IMG/VR virus record: IMGVR_UViG_3300044213_000107
Span: 196,724-260,723 of that record
Length of the DNA stretch: 64,000 bases
Direction: 5' to 3' (one strand)
Positions 35,957-46,006 of this stretch are shown one piece after another. The notes below the pieces were generated by a model, which was not told the DNA's origin, made no database searches, and saw only the letters and a list, made by a program, of their open reading frames with translations. The position numbers and the translations under genes were made by a program. How positions within the stretch are numbered: position 1 is the stretch's first letter; the number at the start of each line of letters is the position of its first letter.

Positions 35957-36569
35957 TTTGTTTATGTAGTTCGTCAATTGTAGAATTGTTGTCGGCAACA
36001 AAGTCAAATTTTGAGCCAACCCAACTATATTCACTTGGGTGTACTTTTAATTTTCTTAGTTTTTCTTGACTTAGGCTCCAGGTTGAATTTCCATTAGGTC
36101 CACAATTAACACTACAAGCTGCATCATACCACTCGGGTTCAGATCCACGTTTTACTCGTATGCAAATACCACCTGAATTTTTAATAGCAGCAATTTCATT
36201 TGGAAAACGTACATCACTAATAACAATATTATCTGTGGTTTTACGCAATTTATTTTCAAGGCTTGCAATCCACATATCGTCATGGAAGGCGTTTCTAATA
36301 ACTTCTGTGCCCCAATATTGTAGTACCCAACGCGGAGTTAAGTCGGGCATATTGAGTCGTTCTGCCCACCAGGGATCTACTTGCTCACGCCATTCACGAG
36401 CTTCTTTTGTACGGCCTTCTAGTAAGATTCTGTCCCAGCCAAATACAACTGCAACAGCATCTTTTAAGGTATTTGCAAAACTTTCTCTTCTAAATTCATG
36501 ACAATTAACAAGATAATCTGCAACTGTGTCTTTGCCTGAGCCGATAAAGCCTGATATTCCAATAATCAT
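35940..36569 (-). CDS. deoxynucleoside monophosphate kinase (T4 gp1-like)
   Basis: IIGISGFIGSGKDT, PRWVLQYWGTE, ISDVRFPNE, HPSE. Confidence 0.92.
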   Translation of the reverse strand: MIIGISGFIGSGKDTVADYLVNCHEFRRESFANTLKDAVAVVFGWDRILLEGRTKEAREWREQVDPWWAERLNMPDLTPRWVLQYWGTEVIRNAFHDDMWIASLENKLRKTTDNIVISDVRFPNEIAAIKNSGGICIRVKRGSEPEWYDAACSVNCGPNGNSTWSLSQEKLRKLKVHPSEYSWVGSKFDFVADNNSTIDELHKQIKNLL

Positions 36570-36624
36570 TGAGATGCCTTTTAAAATATACAGTATTTTT
36601 ACATACTGTAATATATTTGTCAAA

Positions 36625-36960
36625 TTAGATAGTAATTATTTTATCCGCCGATGGTGTTAGAGCAGGTTTTTCTGGATAAACTGTTTTTAAAATAAATTTT
36701 AGTTTTGTTGAGCTTATTCTGCGTAGACCTAATGCTATTTCTCTACTCCAGTCATAAACCCAAAATTTTTCGCCTGATTCTATGCTGGAAAGTTTATCTA
36801 GGTGTCTATTTAAACGACGAAGTGTGTAATCTACTGCACGTGGATCGACACCACGTAAGTCTGCACGAGCTATAGCATGATCATCAACAACAATTTCTAA
36901 CTGGCCACCAACAAACAATGTACCAACCGCGGATTCGGATATTATTTCAGCTAATAACAT
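36625..36960 (-). CDS. hypothetical protein, 111 aa
   Basis: MLLAEIISE N-terminus; coupled to the neck gene. Confidence 0.75.
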   Translation of the reverse strand: MLLAEIISESAVGTLFVGGQLEIVVDDHAIARADLRGVDPRAVDYTLRRLNRHLDKLSSIESGEKFWVYDWSREIALGLRRISSTKLKFILKTVYPEKPALTPSADKIITI

Positions 36961-37892
36961 TATCCGGTTATCCAGGTTAACGGTTGTGAACCATCTACAT
37001 AAGTCTTGAGATCTTCGATTAGTTGATCCATTTCTGCTTTGGCTTCTGTGACCATTGTGGCACCATTTAGGCTTGTACCACCTTGTGGACCTGCAATAGT
37101 TGAGAATTTACTGTATGCTTGACCCAGCAACATCTTGGCAAAACTATATGCATATTCTTGTATCCAAGGAAAGGACTGTATATCATTTAAAATCATGCTG
37201 TCAGGCTTATAGTTAAATGTCCAAAGCAAAACATTTTCGTAGTCTTCATTTTTCATGTTAGGGCCAGCAAAAGGGATTTTTCTAACAAGTGTGAGTTTTT
37301 TGGTAGTTTTATTAAAAGTGTAGTTGATGTATCCACCGAACATCGTCATAGCAAGCTTCTGATAATCAACAAACAATTCGTAGTTTGTTAAACCGCCAAC
37401 ACGACCAGCAACCAACATATAAGTGTTTAAATATCCACTGGCAAAAGGTTCAAACTGGCTTGCAGTTGTTCCGGTGACGCTGCCAATACCACGTCTAAAA
37501 ACTGCCCGCACTTCCATGATTTCTTTGGGCAGAATGTATTCTTGTGTTTCGGGTAATAGCGTCAAGCTTACATAACTTTCTTCTTGACTGTTTTGCGCAC
37601 GTTGGCGATATTTAATCAATGCTTGATTAATAGCCATTTCGTAGTGTTCTTTTTCTAGTTCAACATCAACCAATCCATCACCTAGACGCATGCGGATATA
37701 GTCGGTTATTTCGCTGCGAACTTTATCTGTTGATGTTAATTGGCTCTCATCATATGCAATAGCCCCAGGCCCTGTACCTTTTGCGTTATCGTATAAACTG
37801 CTGGTAGCAACATTCAGATTAGCATCTAATCCTGTTTTTAATGTTGTGGCCCCTGCATAAGGTGTATACCCTGTTGATGCGTCTGTTGGCAT
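36960..37892 (-). CDS. neck / head-tail adaptor protein (gp13-like)
   Basis: YIRMRLG...VDVEL, WIQEYA..FAKMLLG, KFSTIAGPQGG.SLNG. Confidence 0.85.
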   Translation of the reverse strand: MPTDASTGYTPYAGATTLKTGLDANLNVATSSLYDNAKGTGPGAIAYDESQLTSTDKVRSEITDYIRMRLGDGLVDVELEKEHYEMAINQALIKYRQRAQNSQEESYVSLTLLPETQEYILPKEIMEVRAVFRRGIGSVTGTTASQFEPFASGYLNTYMLVAGRVGGLTNYELFVDYQKLAMTMFGGYINYTFNKTTKKLTLVRKIPFAGPNMKNEDYENVLLWTFNYKPDSMILNDIQSFPWIQEYAYSFAKMLLGQAYSKFSTIAGPQGGTSLNGATMVTEAKAEMDQLIEDLKTYVDGSQPLTWITG

Positions 37893-37899
37893 TCTAATA

Positions 37900-37934
37900 C
37901 TCCGTATTGTAGTATTTATAACTACAACACAGAG
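37900..37934 (-). promoter_or_regulatory. late promoter TATAAATA in the loop of an SD-sequestering hairpin
   Basis: CTCTGTGTTGTAGT pairs with ACTACAATACGGAG (14 bp including G-U). Confidence 0.8.
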
Positions 37935-37938
37935 TTAG

Positions 37939-39099
37939 TTAGACAACTTTGAGTAAGACTATATCAGTGTTGATACGTCCGTTTAGCGATGTTTGCGTGG
38001 CTTTAATTTCACTGATAAACTTACGAAGTTGGATTTTTGTTGCACGTGCAAACTCTCGAAGTTTTTCTTCTGGTTTACGAACTGTTTTGCAAACAGATTT
38101 TGCTTCATCGTAGCCAGTTATAGTCGTTCCTTTAACTCCCAAAGGACCTGTTAACTCGTCTGCAACATACTGCCCAATTTTACGAGTTTTAGTGTTGTAG
38201 ATCCAAAGTTCCTTAGCACCAAGTATGTCTGCAGGATTAACGCTAACAATTTTAAGTTCTTTGTTTTCTTTTGCATACTTGAGTTTAGCAACTGTCTTTT
38301 CTTTGCTAACTGCACGTGGAGCACGAACTTTCTTTGTAGCCTTTTTAACGCTTCTATACTGTTCTATAGAACTTAACAGATCGTTAATCCATGCAATGGA
38401 TCGTTTAAAGTCTGCAGATTTATAATGTCTGTAGGCTTCCTTGAGTTGGTCATCTCGGCCTGCTTGTGCTTCAGTTAACTCTGCATGACGTTTGTTGTAA
38501 ACTTCTAGATATTTGCCAAGTTGGCTTTGTGGAACATTGTTAGCAACTAGAAAATCATATGGCTTAAACTTGGTGTCCATTTCGTCATAATGGCCTTCGA
38601 GTTCGCCGATTGTTTCGGCAGTTTTTTCGTTCAAGCGATCCTGAATAGTAGGTACGTATGCTTTGGGTTTCTCTTCAGCAGTCTCAACTATTTCAGGTTC
38701 AGCTGAACTGATTGCTTTATTAATTGATTCTGTTAAAAATTCAATATGGCGTCCACGGAATGGCATTCCTTGACGATGTGCCATAACTAGACTGCAGGCA
38801 GTCATACTGATGTTTCTGTCACTACTACGAATAAACGCACTTATATCTTGTTTAGAGAATGTAGTTGGTTGTGTTTGCATCCACTCAACCACATGTTTTT
38901 TAAGGTCTTTTTGTGTGTAGTAATAATTGTAATAGTAAAAACTTTTGCGCAAGTGATGGTCAAACGTTTCGTTATCAAACTTTTCAGCACGTTCAGTATC
39001 CCATTGTGGCTCTCCACCGGTGTACTTTTCGTCAGCAAATGCACCTAAACGTGGTTTTGCTACTTTAGTTTTAATTTTGATACCTGCTACTACGGCCAT
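37939..39099 (-). CDS. hypothetical protein, about 386 aa
   Basis: Long ORF; GGAG RBS before MAVVAG. Confidence 0.8.
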   Translation of the reverse strand: MAVVAGIKIKTKVAKPRLGAFADEKYTGGEPQWDTERAEKFDNETFDHHLRKSFYYYNYYYTQKDLKKHVVEWMQTQPTTFSKQDISAFIRSSDRNISMTACSLVMAHRQGMPFRGRHIEFLTESINKAISSAEPEIVETAEEKPKAYVPTIQDRLNEKTAETIGELEGHYDEMDTKFKPYDFLVANNVPQSQLGKYLEVYNKRHAELTEAQAGRDDQLKEAYRHYKSADFKRSIAWINDLLSSIEQYRSVKKATKKVRAPRAVSKEKTVAKLKYAKENKELKIVSVNPADILGAKELWIYNTKTRKIGQYVADELTGPLGVKGTTITGYDEAKSVCKTVRKPEEKLREFARATKIQLRKFISEIKATQTSLNGRINTDIVLLKVV

Positions 39100-39115
39100 T
39101 TTTTGCTCCCGTTGT

Positions 39116-39550
39116 TTATAACAATTTATCAATTATAGCATAAAGACGTGTTGCTAGCAAACGTTCTTTAGACCACGCTTCCATTTCCCAGGGTTGATTG
39201 TAGTAATCAGCCACAACCCGTTTACCTTTCCAGTAGTAAACACTACGTTTTGGAGTTTCTTTGATAACCATTTGTTTGCGAACAAACTGTTTTACATGCA
39301 CCATTTCGTGACTAAGTGTATTCAGTAAGTCATCAAAAGATAACTGGCTATCTAGCAGCATTAGTACATACGACGGGCCCATCCTAACAACACAACCCTT
39401 CATATCTTCATTTCGTTTGAGCCCACGTTTTGTTTGAATTTCCAGGGTCCAACGACTACGATTAATTTTTAATTGTTGTGCCAGAAATTCTGCTGATGCG
39501 GCAATAAATGCACTACGATTTTTACTGCGGCAATTTACTATAATGTTCAT
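39116..39550 (-). CDS. HEXXH zinc metallopeptidase-like protein
   Basis: LSHEMVHVKQ ... QPWEMEA. Confidence 0.8.
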   Translation of the reverse strand: MNIIVNCRSKNRSAFIAASAEFLAQQLKINRSRWTLEIQTKRGLKRNEDMKGCVVRMGPSYVLMLLDSQLSFDDLLNTLSHEMVHVKQFVRKQMVIKETPKRSVYYWKGKRVVADYYNQPWEMEAWSKERLLATRLYAIIDKLL

Positions 39551-39559
39551 ACGTGTATT

Positions 39560-39811
39560 TTAATACAAAAGCTTGGAAAAAGTAACCCAATTTTCAAAGT
39601 TTTTTACACTGTCGTCTAATTGCAACAGTAAATCTGTGTACTTTGGTGTTACACGTTTTAGTCGTTTGCACTCTACAGATTCTCTGCTTAGATCATCTGC
39701 AATTCGACGACAATTTTGGTACATTTTAAATAGTTGACTTTTTGCCCGCATATCTGTAGTACTTTTTACTACATTAAACAGTTCATTTAGTCTTGCTACT
39801 TGTTCGTCCAT
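39560..39811 (-). CDS. hypothetical protein, probably leaderless early gene
   Basis: TTGACT-N17-TATAAT (39846-39818), 6 nt before the ATG. Confidence 0.75.
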   Translation of the reverse strand: MDEQVARLNELFNVVKSTTDMRAKSQLFKMYQNCRRIADDLSRESVECKRLKRVTPKYTDLLLQLDDSVKNFENWVTFSKLLY

Positions 39812-39878
39812 AATGTAATTATACAACAAAACCCTAACCTAGTCAATACCATAAATACATAAAATAACGGAGAATATT

Positions 39879-41057
39879 TTGGCTCGTTTAAGTCTGTGGA
39901 AAGAAGGAAAACACACCAATGATTACAAGTTCTTTGACCGCAGGATTTCAGAGATGTTTACTATTGGTGGCACTGGAGTTTATGTTCACAAATATCTAGG
40001 GCCGGCTGCCAACGATGGCGCCGCTAGTCCCGAACAACCGGCAAACACAACACCAAGTATTCAAAATATACAAGATCTTTTATTTTTAGAAAATCGTGAT
40101 CGCAAATATGATCCGGATGTTTATAACCTTCGTGGTCATTATCAAGTAACAGATAACAGTTTTGATTTGAGTCAGTTTGGTTTGTTTTTGCAAACCGGGA
40201 CCTTGTTTATGGTATTTCACATAAACGATATGGTGGATTGTCTAGGACGAAAAATAATGAACGGCGACGTATTAGAGTTGCCACACCTAAAAGATTACTA
40301 TGCATTAGATTCATCAATTCCTGTTGCACTAAAAAGATTTTTTGTAGTTAGCGATTGTACAAATGCCAGTGAAGGTTTTGGCCCTAGCTGGTGGCCGCAT
40401 TTATGGCGTTGTAAAATCAACCCACTAACCGATTCACAAGAATACAAAGATATCTTAAATCAGTTGTCGGCAGGTGATAATACCACTGCAAACTTAGCAA
40501 GCGTGTCTAGCACACTAAGCAAGTATCAACAGATAAATGACGCTATTATCGCTGAAGCAGAACTTGATGTCCCATATTCAGGTTATGATACTAGCCATTT
40601 GTACTTTCCATCAATAACTCCAACATACGAACCCGGTGATCCAGTCGGCTTAACCGCAGATGCTTTTTCGCCTACCGCCGACGATACTAGTTCTGGAAAT
40701 TCTGCAGATAGTGCAGTACTAAGTGCTGATATTAAACCTGAAGGATACTTAACCGGTGATGGTTTAGTGCCAAATGGCCTACCTTGTGCAGTCGGTATAG
40801 CGTTTCCTGTACAACCGACTGCTGGAGATTTTTGTTTGCGTACCGATTACTTTCCTAATAGGCTTTTTAGATACGATGGTCGTCGTTGGGTTAAGATTGA
40901 GGACAATGTACGTACAGATCTTACTCCGGGGCCAGATAATAAAACTCAACGTAGTTTATTTGTTAATGACACTTCTACATTCACTGATGGTACAGGAACA
41001 CATCCAGTACGTCAAAGTTTAAGTAAAGCATTAACACCAGAAGCGGATAATCAATAA
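39879..41057 (+). CDS. neck / head closure protein (gp14-like)
   Basis: QDLLFLENRDRKY, LSQFGLF, GDVLELPH; paired with a gp15-like gene. Confidence 0.7.
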   Translation: MARLSLWKEGKHTNDYKFFDRRISEMFTIGGTGVYVHKYLGPAANDGAASPEQPANTTPSIQNIQDLLFLENRDRKYDPDVYNLRGHYQVTDNSFDLSQFGLFLQTGTLFMVFHINDMVDCLGRKIMNGDVLELPHLKDYYALDSSIPVALKRFFVVSDCTNASEGFGPSWWPHLWRCKINPLTDSQEYKDILNQLSAGDNTTANLASVSSTLSKYQQINDAIIAEAELDVPYSGYDTSHLYFPSITPTYEPGDPVGLTADAFSPTADDTSSGNSADSAVLSADIKPEGYLTGDGLVPNGLPCAVGIAFPVQPTAGDFCLRTDYFPNRLFRYDGRRWVKIEDNVRTDLTPGPDNKTQRSLFVNDTSTFTDGTGTHPVRQSLSKALTPEADNQ

Positions 41058-42412
41058 TGTATCAAGAATATTTTTACGACGGGCAAATACGTAGATTCCT
41101 TACACAGTTTATTCGTGCAGTAAGTAATTTCCAATGGCAGTATAACAATAACGGTGTTAAAACTCTACAACGTGTTCCTGTATACTATGGCGACAGCAGT
41201 CGTCAAGTTAGTGCAATACTTCGCAATAATAGTGAGAATTCATTAAATGCAGTACCAGCAATGGCAGTTTATATTAATTCACTAACTTACGAACAAAATA
41301 GACTACAAGATCCTAGTTTTGTTAGCAAAATGACCATAAGAGAACGTGTTTATGATCCTGCTACACAAACGCTAGGAACAACACAAGGCGGTGCGTATAG
41401 TGTAGAGCGTTTAATGCCTATCCCATATAAGTTAGGTTTAAAACTTGATCTATGGACCAGCAACAATGATCAAAAACTACAGATCTTAGAACAAATTACA
41501 CAGTTGTTTAATCCAAGTTTAGAAATACAAAGCACAGACAATTATCTAGATTGGACAAGTTTAAGTTATATCCAGTTAACTGATACTACCTGGACAAGTA
41601 GAACTGTACCAATGGGCAGCGAAGATGCTATTGATGTTGCTACGTTTAGTTTTGATTTACCTATATGGATTAGCCCACCTGCAAAAGTTAAAAAGCTTGG
41701 TGTTATACAAAAAATTATTTCTAGCATTTATGATGCACAAGGACAAGTAAATGCCGACGCAATATTAGACAGCAACTTAATGAGTCGTCAATATGTTACT
41801 CCGTTAAATTATGATATCCTTTATGTCGGAAATCAAATTACATTAATGGCCAGTAATGAAGTTGTTGATCCCAACAACGACACACAAAAAATAGGTAAAC
41901 CACAAAATTGGCGTAATCTAATAAATGTCTATGGTAATCTCGTAGCCGGAACCAGTGAAATAAGAATGAATTTAGATACCGGCACCGATTTAATTGGACA
42001 AATTGCATATCATCCAGTTGACCCAACTATTATGTTGTTTACCCCAATTGAAGATACTAATCCTGGTAATACGTTAAGTCCAGTAAATGCGATCATAAAT
42101 CCACGCAACGTAGAAGTAAACAATAATATTTTAAATCCTGCAGTCGGAACTAGATATCTAATATTACACGATATAGGCAATGTAGGAAATCAGACGCCCG
42201 CAGAAGCCTGGGGATATTTGGTTGCAAACAAACATGATATTATAGAATGGACTGGTACGGGGTGGCAAGTTGTATTTGACAGCAACGAGCATTCTAGTGT
42301 AGAATATGTTACAAATTTAACTACAGGAACACAATACCGCTGGACTGGTTCCGCGTGGGTTAAGAGTGTTGAAGGGTATTATCGAGAAGGCACATGGAGC
42401 ATAGTAATATAA
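41057..42412 (+). CDS. tail terminator / sheath stabiliser (gp15-like) with C-terminal extension
   Basis: YFYDGQIRR, RVPVYYG, PIPYKL, QILEQI..LFNP. Confidence 0.85.
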   Translation: MYQEYFYDGQIRRFLTQFIRAVSNFQWQYNNNGVKTLQRVPVYYGDSSRQVSAILRNNSENSLNAVPAMAVYINSLTYEQNRLQDPSFVSKMTIRERVYDPATQTLGTTQGGAYSVERLMPIPYKLGLKLDLWTSNNDQKLQILEQITQLFNPSLEIQSTDNYLDWTSLSYIQLTDTTWTSRTVPMGSEDAIDVATFSFDLPIWISPPAKVKKLGVIQKIISSIYDAQGQVNADAILDSNLMSRQYVTPLNYDILYVGNQITLMASNEVVDPNNDTQKIGKPQNWRNLINVYGNLVAGTSEIRMNLDTGTDLIGQIAYHPVDPTIMLFTPIEDTNPGNTLSPVNAIINPRNVEVNNNILNPAVGTRYLILHDIGNVGNQTPAEAWGYLVANKHDIIEWTGTGWQVVFDSNEHSSVEYVTNLTTGTQYRWTGSAWVKSVEGYYREGTWSIVI

Positions 42413-42867
42413 CACAAGGATGTGGAGCGTTAATATACAGTCGAACTAGTCAGAGATATTTGTTTTTACTGCGTAATCAAAAACGTCATGCAGGTTATTG
42501 GGGTTTAGTGGGTGGTGGTGTAGAACCTGGAGAACCAATAGTCGCTGCACTACAAAGAGAAATCAAAGAAGAAATAGGCGACATCACGTATTCAAAAATA
42601 ATTCCATTGGAAAAATTTACCAGTTCAACTGGCAACTTTGAATATCATACTTATGTTATATCTGTTGAACATGAATTTGTTCCCAAACTCAATCAAGAAC
42701 ATCGTGGATATGCATGGACTACTATAGAAGATCACCCCGGGCCATTACATCCCGGGGTGTGGAGAACATTTAGTTTTAATGTTATATTAGAAAAAATACG
42801 TACAGTTGAGGACGCTTTAGCCAATGTCGCACTCGACAACAAAGTCTCTGTAACTAATTTGTCGTAG
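42394..42867 (+). CDS. NUDIX hydrolase
   Basis: GGGVEPGE..AALQREIKEEIG Nudix box. Confidence 0.9.
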   Translation: MEHSNITQGCGALIYSRTSQRYLFLLRNQKRHAGYWGLVGGGVEPGEPIVAALQREIKEEIGDITYSKIIPLEKFTSSTGNFEYHTYVISVEHEFVPKLNQEHRGYAWTTIEDHPGPLHPGVWRTFSFNVILEKIRTVEDALANVALDNKVSVTNLS

Positions 42868-43560
42868 ATTCATTTGATATTTCCATGAATCGGGCATATA
42901 TTGATTACCCCATTCAGTTACTAATACAAAATCAACATCTGGGTAGGTGTTAAACACTTCTAACATAGCAAGAGTCCAGAACGCATCGTTGCGATCTACT
43001 TTATCAACATCATACCCATTTGTCCCAGCATAGATATTATACTGGTATCCATCTGTATCATTGTTGTCAAACCCTAATAGGTATACTTGCTTGTGTCCAT
43101 CAAAACATGCAATATAGGTTGCAATAGCACCACTATTCCAAGCAGGGTCTTGTGGAGTTAAATAAAATTTTCCAGGATATTGAATAATATCCTGCGCATT
43201 TGCATAAACAATATTGTTTTCACAGTATCCAGAGTTAGCAATTTCTTCTATAAATTTGTCATCGCCGGTTACAACTAAAAAATGCGGTTGATAATCGCGA
43301 TACAATGCATTGCACCCGTATGTTTGAAATGCACCAGATGCTAACAATCCACCTTTGTGATTCTTAATAAGATTAAGATCAAAATCGGCTCTATGGCTTC
43401 CGTTGCCGATAATTACTGCGCGATCTGATATTTGATTATTGAAAATTGCGTTTGGAATATTTTCTTTTTCGTAGGCCCATTTACCGCCTTCTAGAGTGGC
43501 GCTAGTGATTACATCTTCGCCTACATATTCGCTACGATACATTTGTTTAATAGTCTGCAT
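42817..43560 (-). CDS. glycosyltransferase-like (GT29/GT42/Maf-type Rossmann) protein
   Basis: AVIIGNGS, YGCNALYRD, NSGAIA, VYLLGFD. Confidence 0.55.
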   Translation of the reverse strand: MQTIKQMYRSEYVGEDVITSATLEGGKWAYEKENIPNAIFNNQISDRAVIIGNGSHRADFDLNLIKNHKGGLLASGAFQTYGCNALYRDYQPHFLVVTGDDKFIEEIANSGYCENNIVYANAQDIIQYPGKFYLTPQDPAWNSGAIATYIACFDGHKQVYLLGFDNNDTDGYQYNIYAGTNGYDVDKVDRNDAFWTLAMLEVFNTYPDVDFVLVTEWGNQYMPDSWKYQMNLRQISYRDFVVECDIG

Positions 43561-43592
43561 TTTAGTTTCCTGTTATAGTGTATTTATAATAG

Positions 43593-44825
43593 TTACATTG
43601 GTAATGCGGTTCTAGATAGTTTTACTGTGTTATTTGTGCTTACCCCCGTGGCCCAAAGTGTAACAGTACCAGAACTTATATTTGAACTAAATGTCATTCT
43701 TTGTGTAGGTCCAGTATATACTACACCGTAACTAGTTATATTAACATTAGCACCATCTTGTGCTAGTAAAATTTCCGACACTTGGCTTTGAGAATTAACT
43801 ACATCTTGTACTGAAATTACATATTTTGCTCCGCGTATTGCTGTGTTAGCAAAACTGTCAATTGATGTTGGCGATGTTCCTATACTTGTAGTAACAGTTG
43901 ATATTTCTGTAGCAGTTGCAGATCCACGTGTTAGTGTCCCGGTAACATTTAGGTTTGTTCCAACATATAAGTTACCGCCGACGCCAGCACCACCTGCTAC
44001 AACAAATGCACCAGTTGTGGTGCTGGTACTTGATGTAGACGGAACTACGTTGACTTGTGTGCTCGACAATGCAGATACAAAAGTGTTTGCAGCCCAGGTT
44101 CCAATCCAACCTGTTTGTGCCGAACTACCACGAATATATTGTGTAAATGTGTCCCAACCTGTGCTGCCAGCATAGTTAACACCAAACCGTGCTACTTCTG
44201 TGCCTGTTGCGTTACTATTAACACCATTTTGTGCTGATAGTTGGAAGTTGTTATCAGTACCGTGTGTGAGTACCGCAGTAATGCTACTTGAAATAGTATT
44301 GTTTGAATAAATGTTACCACCAACATATAAGTTACCACTAATACCTGCTCCGCCAGTAACTACTAGTGCACCTGTTGTGGTACTAGTACTTGCAGTTGCA
44401 GAATTGGCTACTAAATTTGACCCGAATGTGGATTGATTTGCTATGTATCCGCCAGTGAACGGAGTCGCAGTCCATGCAACACCTGCATTAGTTGCTGTGA
44501 TAAATTGTCCTGGTGTACCCATTACACCATTTAAATAAATATTGCCATTAATCGATAACAAACTACCAATTGTCAAATTTGCATAACCTGTAGTTACTAC
44601 ATTAGAATTTGTTGATCCTGTATTATTAGTAAATGCTGTTACTATGCTCTGGCTGGCTTCCGACCAATACACAGCAACATTACTGACCAATCCATTTGCA
44701 CGATTAAATAAAAATCCTACATCAACGTTGGCTTGTGTTGCACCTTGATGCAACACCGTAATGGGATCCATAAAATACTCAATGTTAGTATCAAGATCCC
44801 ATATCTTTGGTCTAGTTAATCCCAT
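43593..44825 (-). CDS. fibre or decoration protein, 410 aa
   Basis: TSTTTGALVV.GGAG repeats; C-terminal RGAKYVI domain. Confidence 0.7.
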   Translation of the reverse strand: MGLTRPKIWDLDTNIEYFMDPITVLHQGATQANVDVGFLFNRANGLVSNVAVYWSEASQSIVTAFTNNTGSTNSNVVTTGYANLTIGSLLSINGNIYLNGVMGTPGQFITATNAGVAWTATPFTGGYIANQSTFGSNLVANSATASTSTTTGALVVTGGAGISGNLYVGGNIYSNNTISSSITAVLTHGTDNNFQLSAQNGVNSNATGTEVARFGVNYAGSTGWDTFTQYIRGSSAQTGWIGTWAANTFVSALSSTQVNVVPSTSSTSTTTGAFVVAGGAGVGGNLYVGTNLNVTGTLTRGSATATEISTVTTSIGTSPTSIDSFANTAIRGAKYVISVQDVVNSQSQVSEILLAQDGANVNITSYGVVYTGPTQRMTFSSNISSGTVTLWATGVSTNNTVKLSRTALPM

Positions 44826-44864
44826 CTCTTTAAATCCGTGTTATTAACTATTTAGCAAAAAGAC

Positions 44865-44888
44865 AAAAGGCGCAAACTGCGCCTTTTG
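44865..44888. terminator. intrinsic terminator
   Basis: AAAAGGCGCA-AAC-TGCGCCTTTT. Confidence 0.8.
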
Positions 44889-44907
44889 GTAGTAGTTATC
44901 GTGTAGA

Positions 44908-45927
44908 TTAAACGCGACCAACTACGATTTCAATTTGACCTTTTGCACCAGTAAAGTCTGCTAGAGCTTTACCAATAACGGTTCCAATTGCAGGATGTGC
45001 AGATGGTTTAGCATAGCCGTGACCAGCACTTACCATTAGATCACCTTTCTTTACCGGTCCAATAACATTAGTTGGCACACGGCCTTGTAATGCTAACGGA
45101 ACTACTGCAACTCCAGTTAATCCACCATTCATTAAGTGAGCAGGATTTGTAGATACTACTCCGGCTACTGCAGAAGTTTCTTGATCTGCTATTGTAACTT
45201 CTTCTGAGCCGCCAAACATCAATACTGTGCCAGGAGCATAAGATTTATCTGCTTGATAGTTCTCTGCCAAGTCAGCGTATTTTGCTTGAGTAGCGACACC
45301 ATAAAAGTTATTCCACCAGTTTGTTGAACTGCCTAAGTTCAACGATACGTTAGCAGTTGGTATAACAGAAACGTTTGATTGCCATGCAGTTGCACTGTTG
45401 TTAAATGTAAATGCTGCATAAGGAGTAACTAGACCTGCGTTATTTGCAGCTGCAGCACTTCCAGCATTGGCTGCTGCAATATATTGCAAATCGTTTGTTG
45501 TTACGGTTGTTGCATTTACTGTAGTTGAGTTTCCGCTAACAAACAAATTACCAGCAACAATTAAGTTGTTAGTAATAAATTCACCTTGCCCAGTAATCTG
45601 AACGTTACCCTGCAATGTTGTTGTACCACTTACTGTTAAACCAGTTAGCGTACCTACACTAGTAATGTTAGTCTGAGCCGCGGTACTTAATGTACCAGTC
45701 AATGTAGCGCCGGTATTACCAATTGTGCCAGCATTGATTGTTCCTGCAGTGAGTGTACCGTTTACTACCTGACTTGAAAATGTGCCTGCGCCACCGGGTG
45801 TGGGCATTGCTACACCATTAACTAAAACTGCAGATCCAGATGCTAAACTAATATTACCCGATGTGGCGTCAATTGTTGTTGAGCCTACTGTAAGTCCATT
45901 TTGGACTACGAAATTGCTATTTGCCAT
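44908..45927 (-). CDS. fibre protein with C-terminal intramolecular chaperone / peptidase G2-like domain
   Basis: AKYADLAENY ... AGVVSTNP ... LQGRVP ... IGKAL. Confidence 0.75.
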   Translation of the reverse strand: MANSNFVVQNGLTVGSTTIDATSGNISLASGSAVLVNGVAMPTPGGAGTFSSQVVNGTLTAGTINAGTIGNTGATLTGTLSTAAQTNITSVGTLTGLTVSGTTTLQGNVQITGQGEFITNNLIVAGNLFVSGNSTTVNATTVTTNDLQYIAAANAGSAAAANNAGLVTPYAAFTFNNSATAWQSNVSVIPTANVSLNLGSSTNWWNNFYGVATQAKYADLAENYQADKSYAPGTVLMFGGSEEVTIADQETSAVAGVVSTNPAHLMNGGLTGVAVVPLALQGRVPTNVIGPVKKGDLMVSAGHGYAKPSAHPAIGTVIGKALADFTGAKGQIEIVVGRV

Positions 45928-46006
45928 TTTTTTCTATCTTTCTTGGTTCCATATTCCCCAATTAACAAGTTAAGGGTAGCCCATCTACCCTTAACTGTTA
46001 TTACCA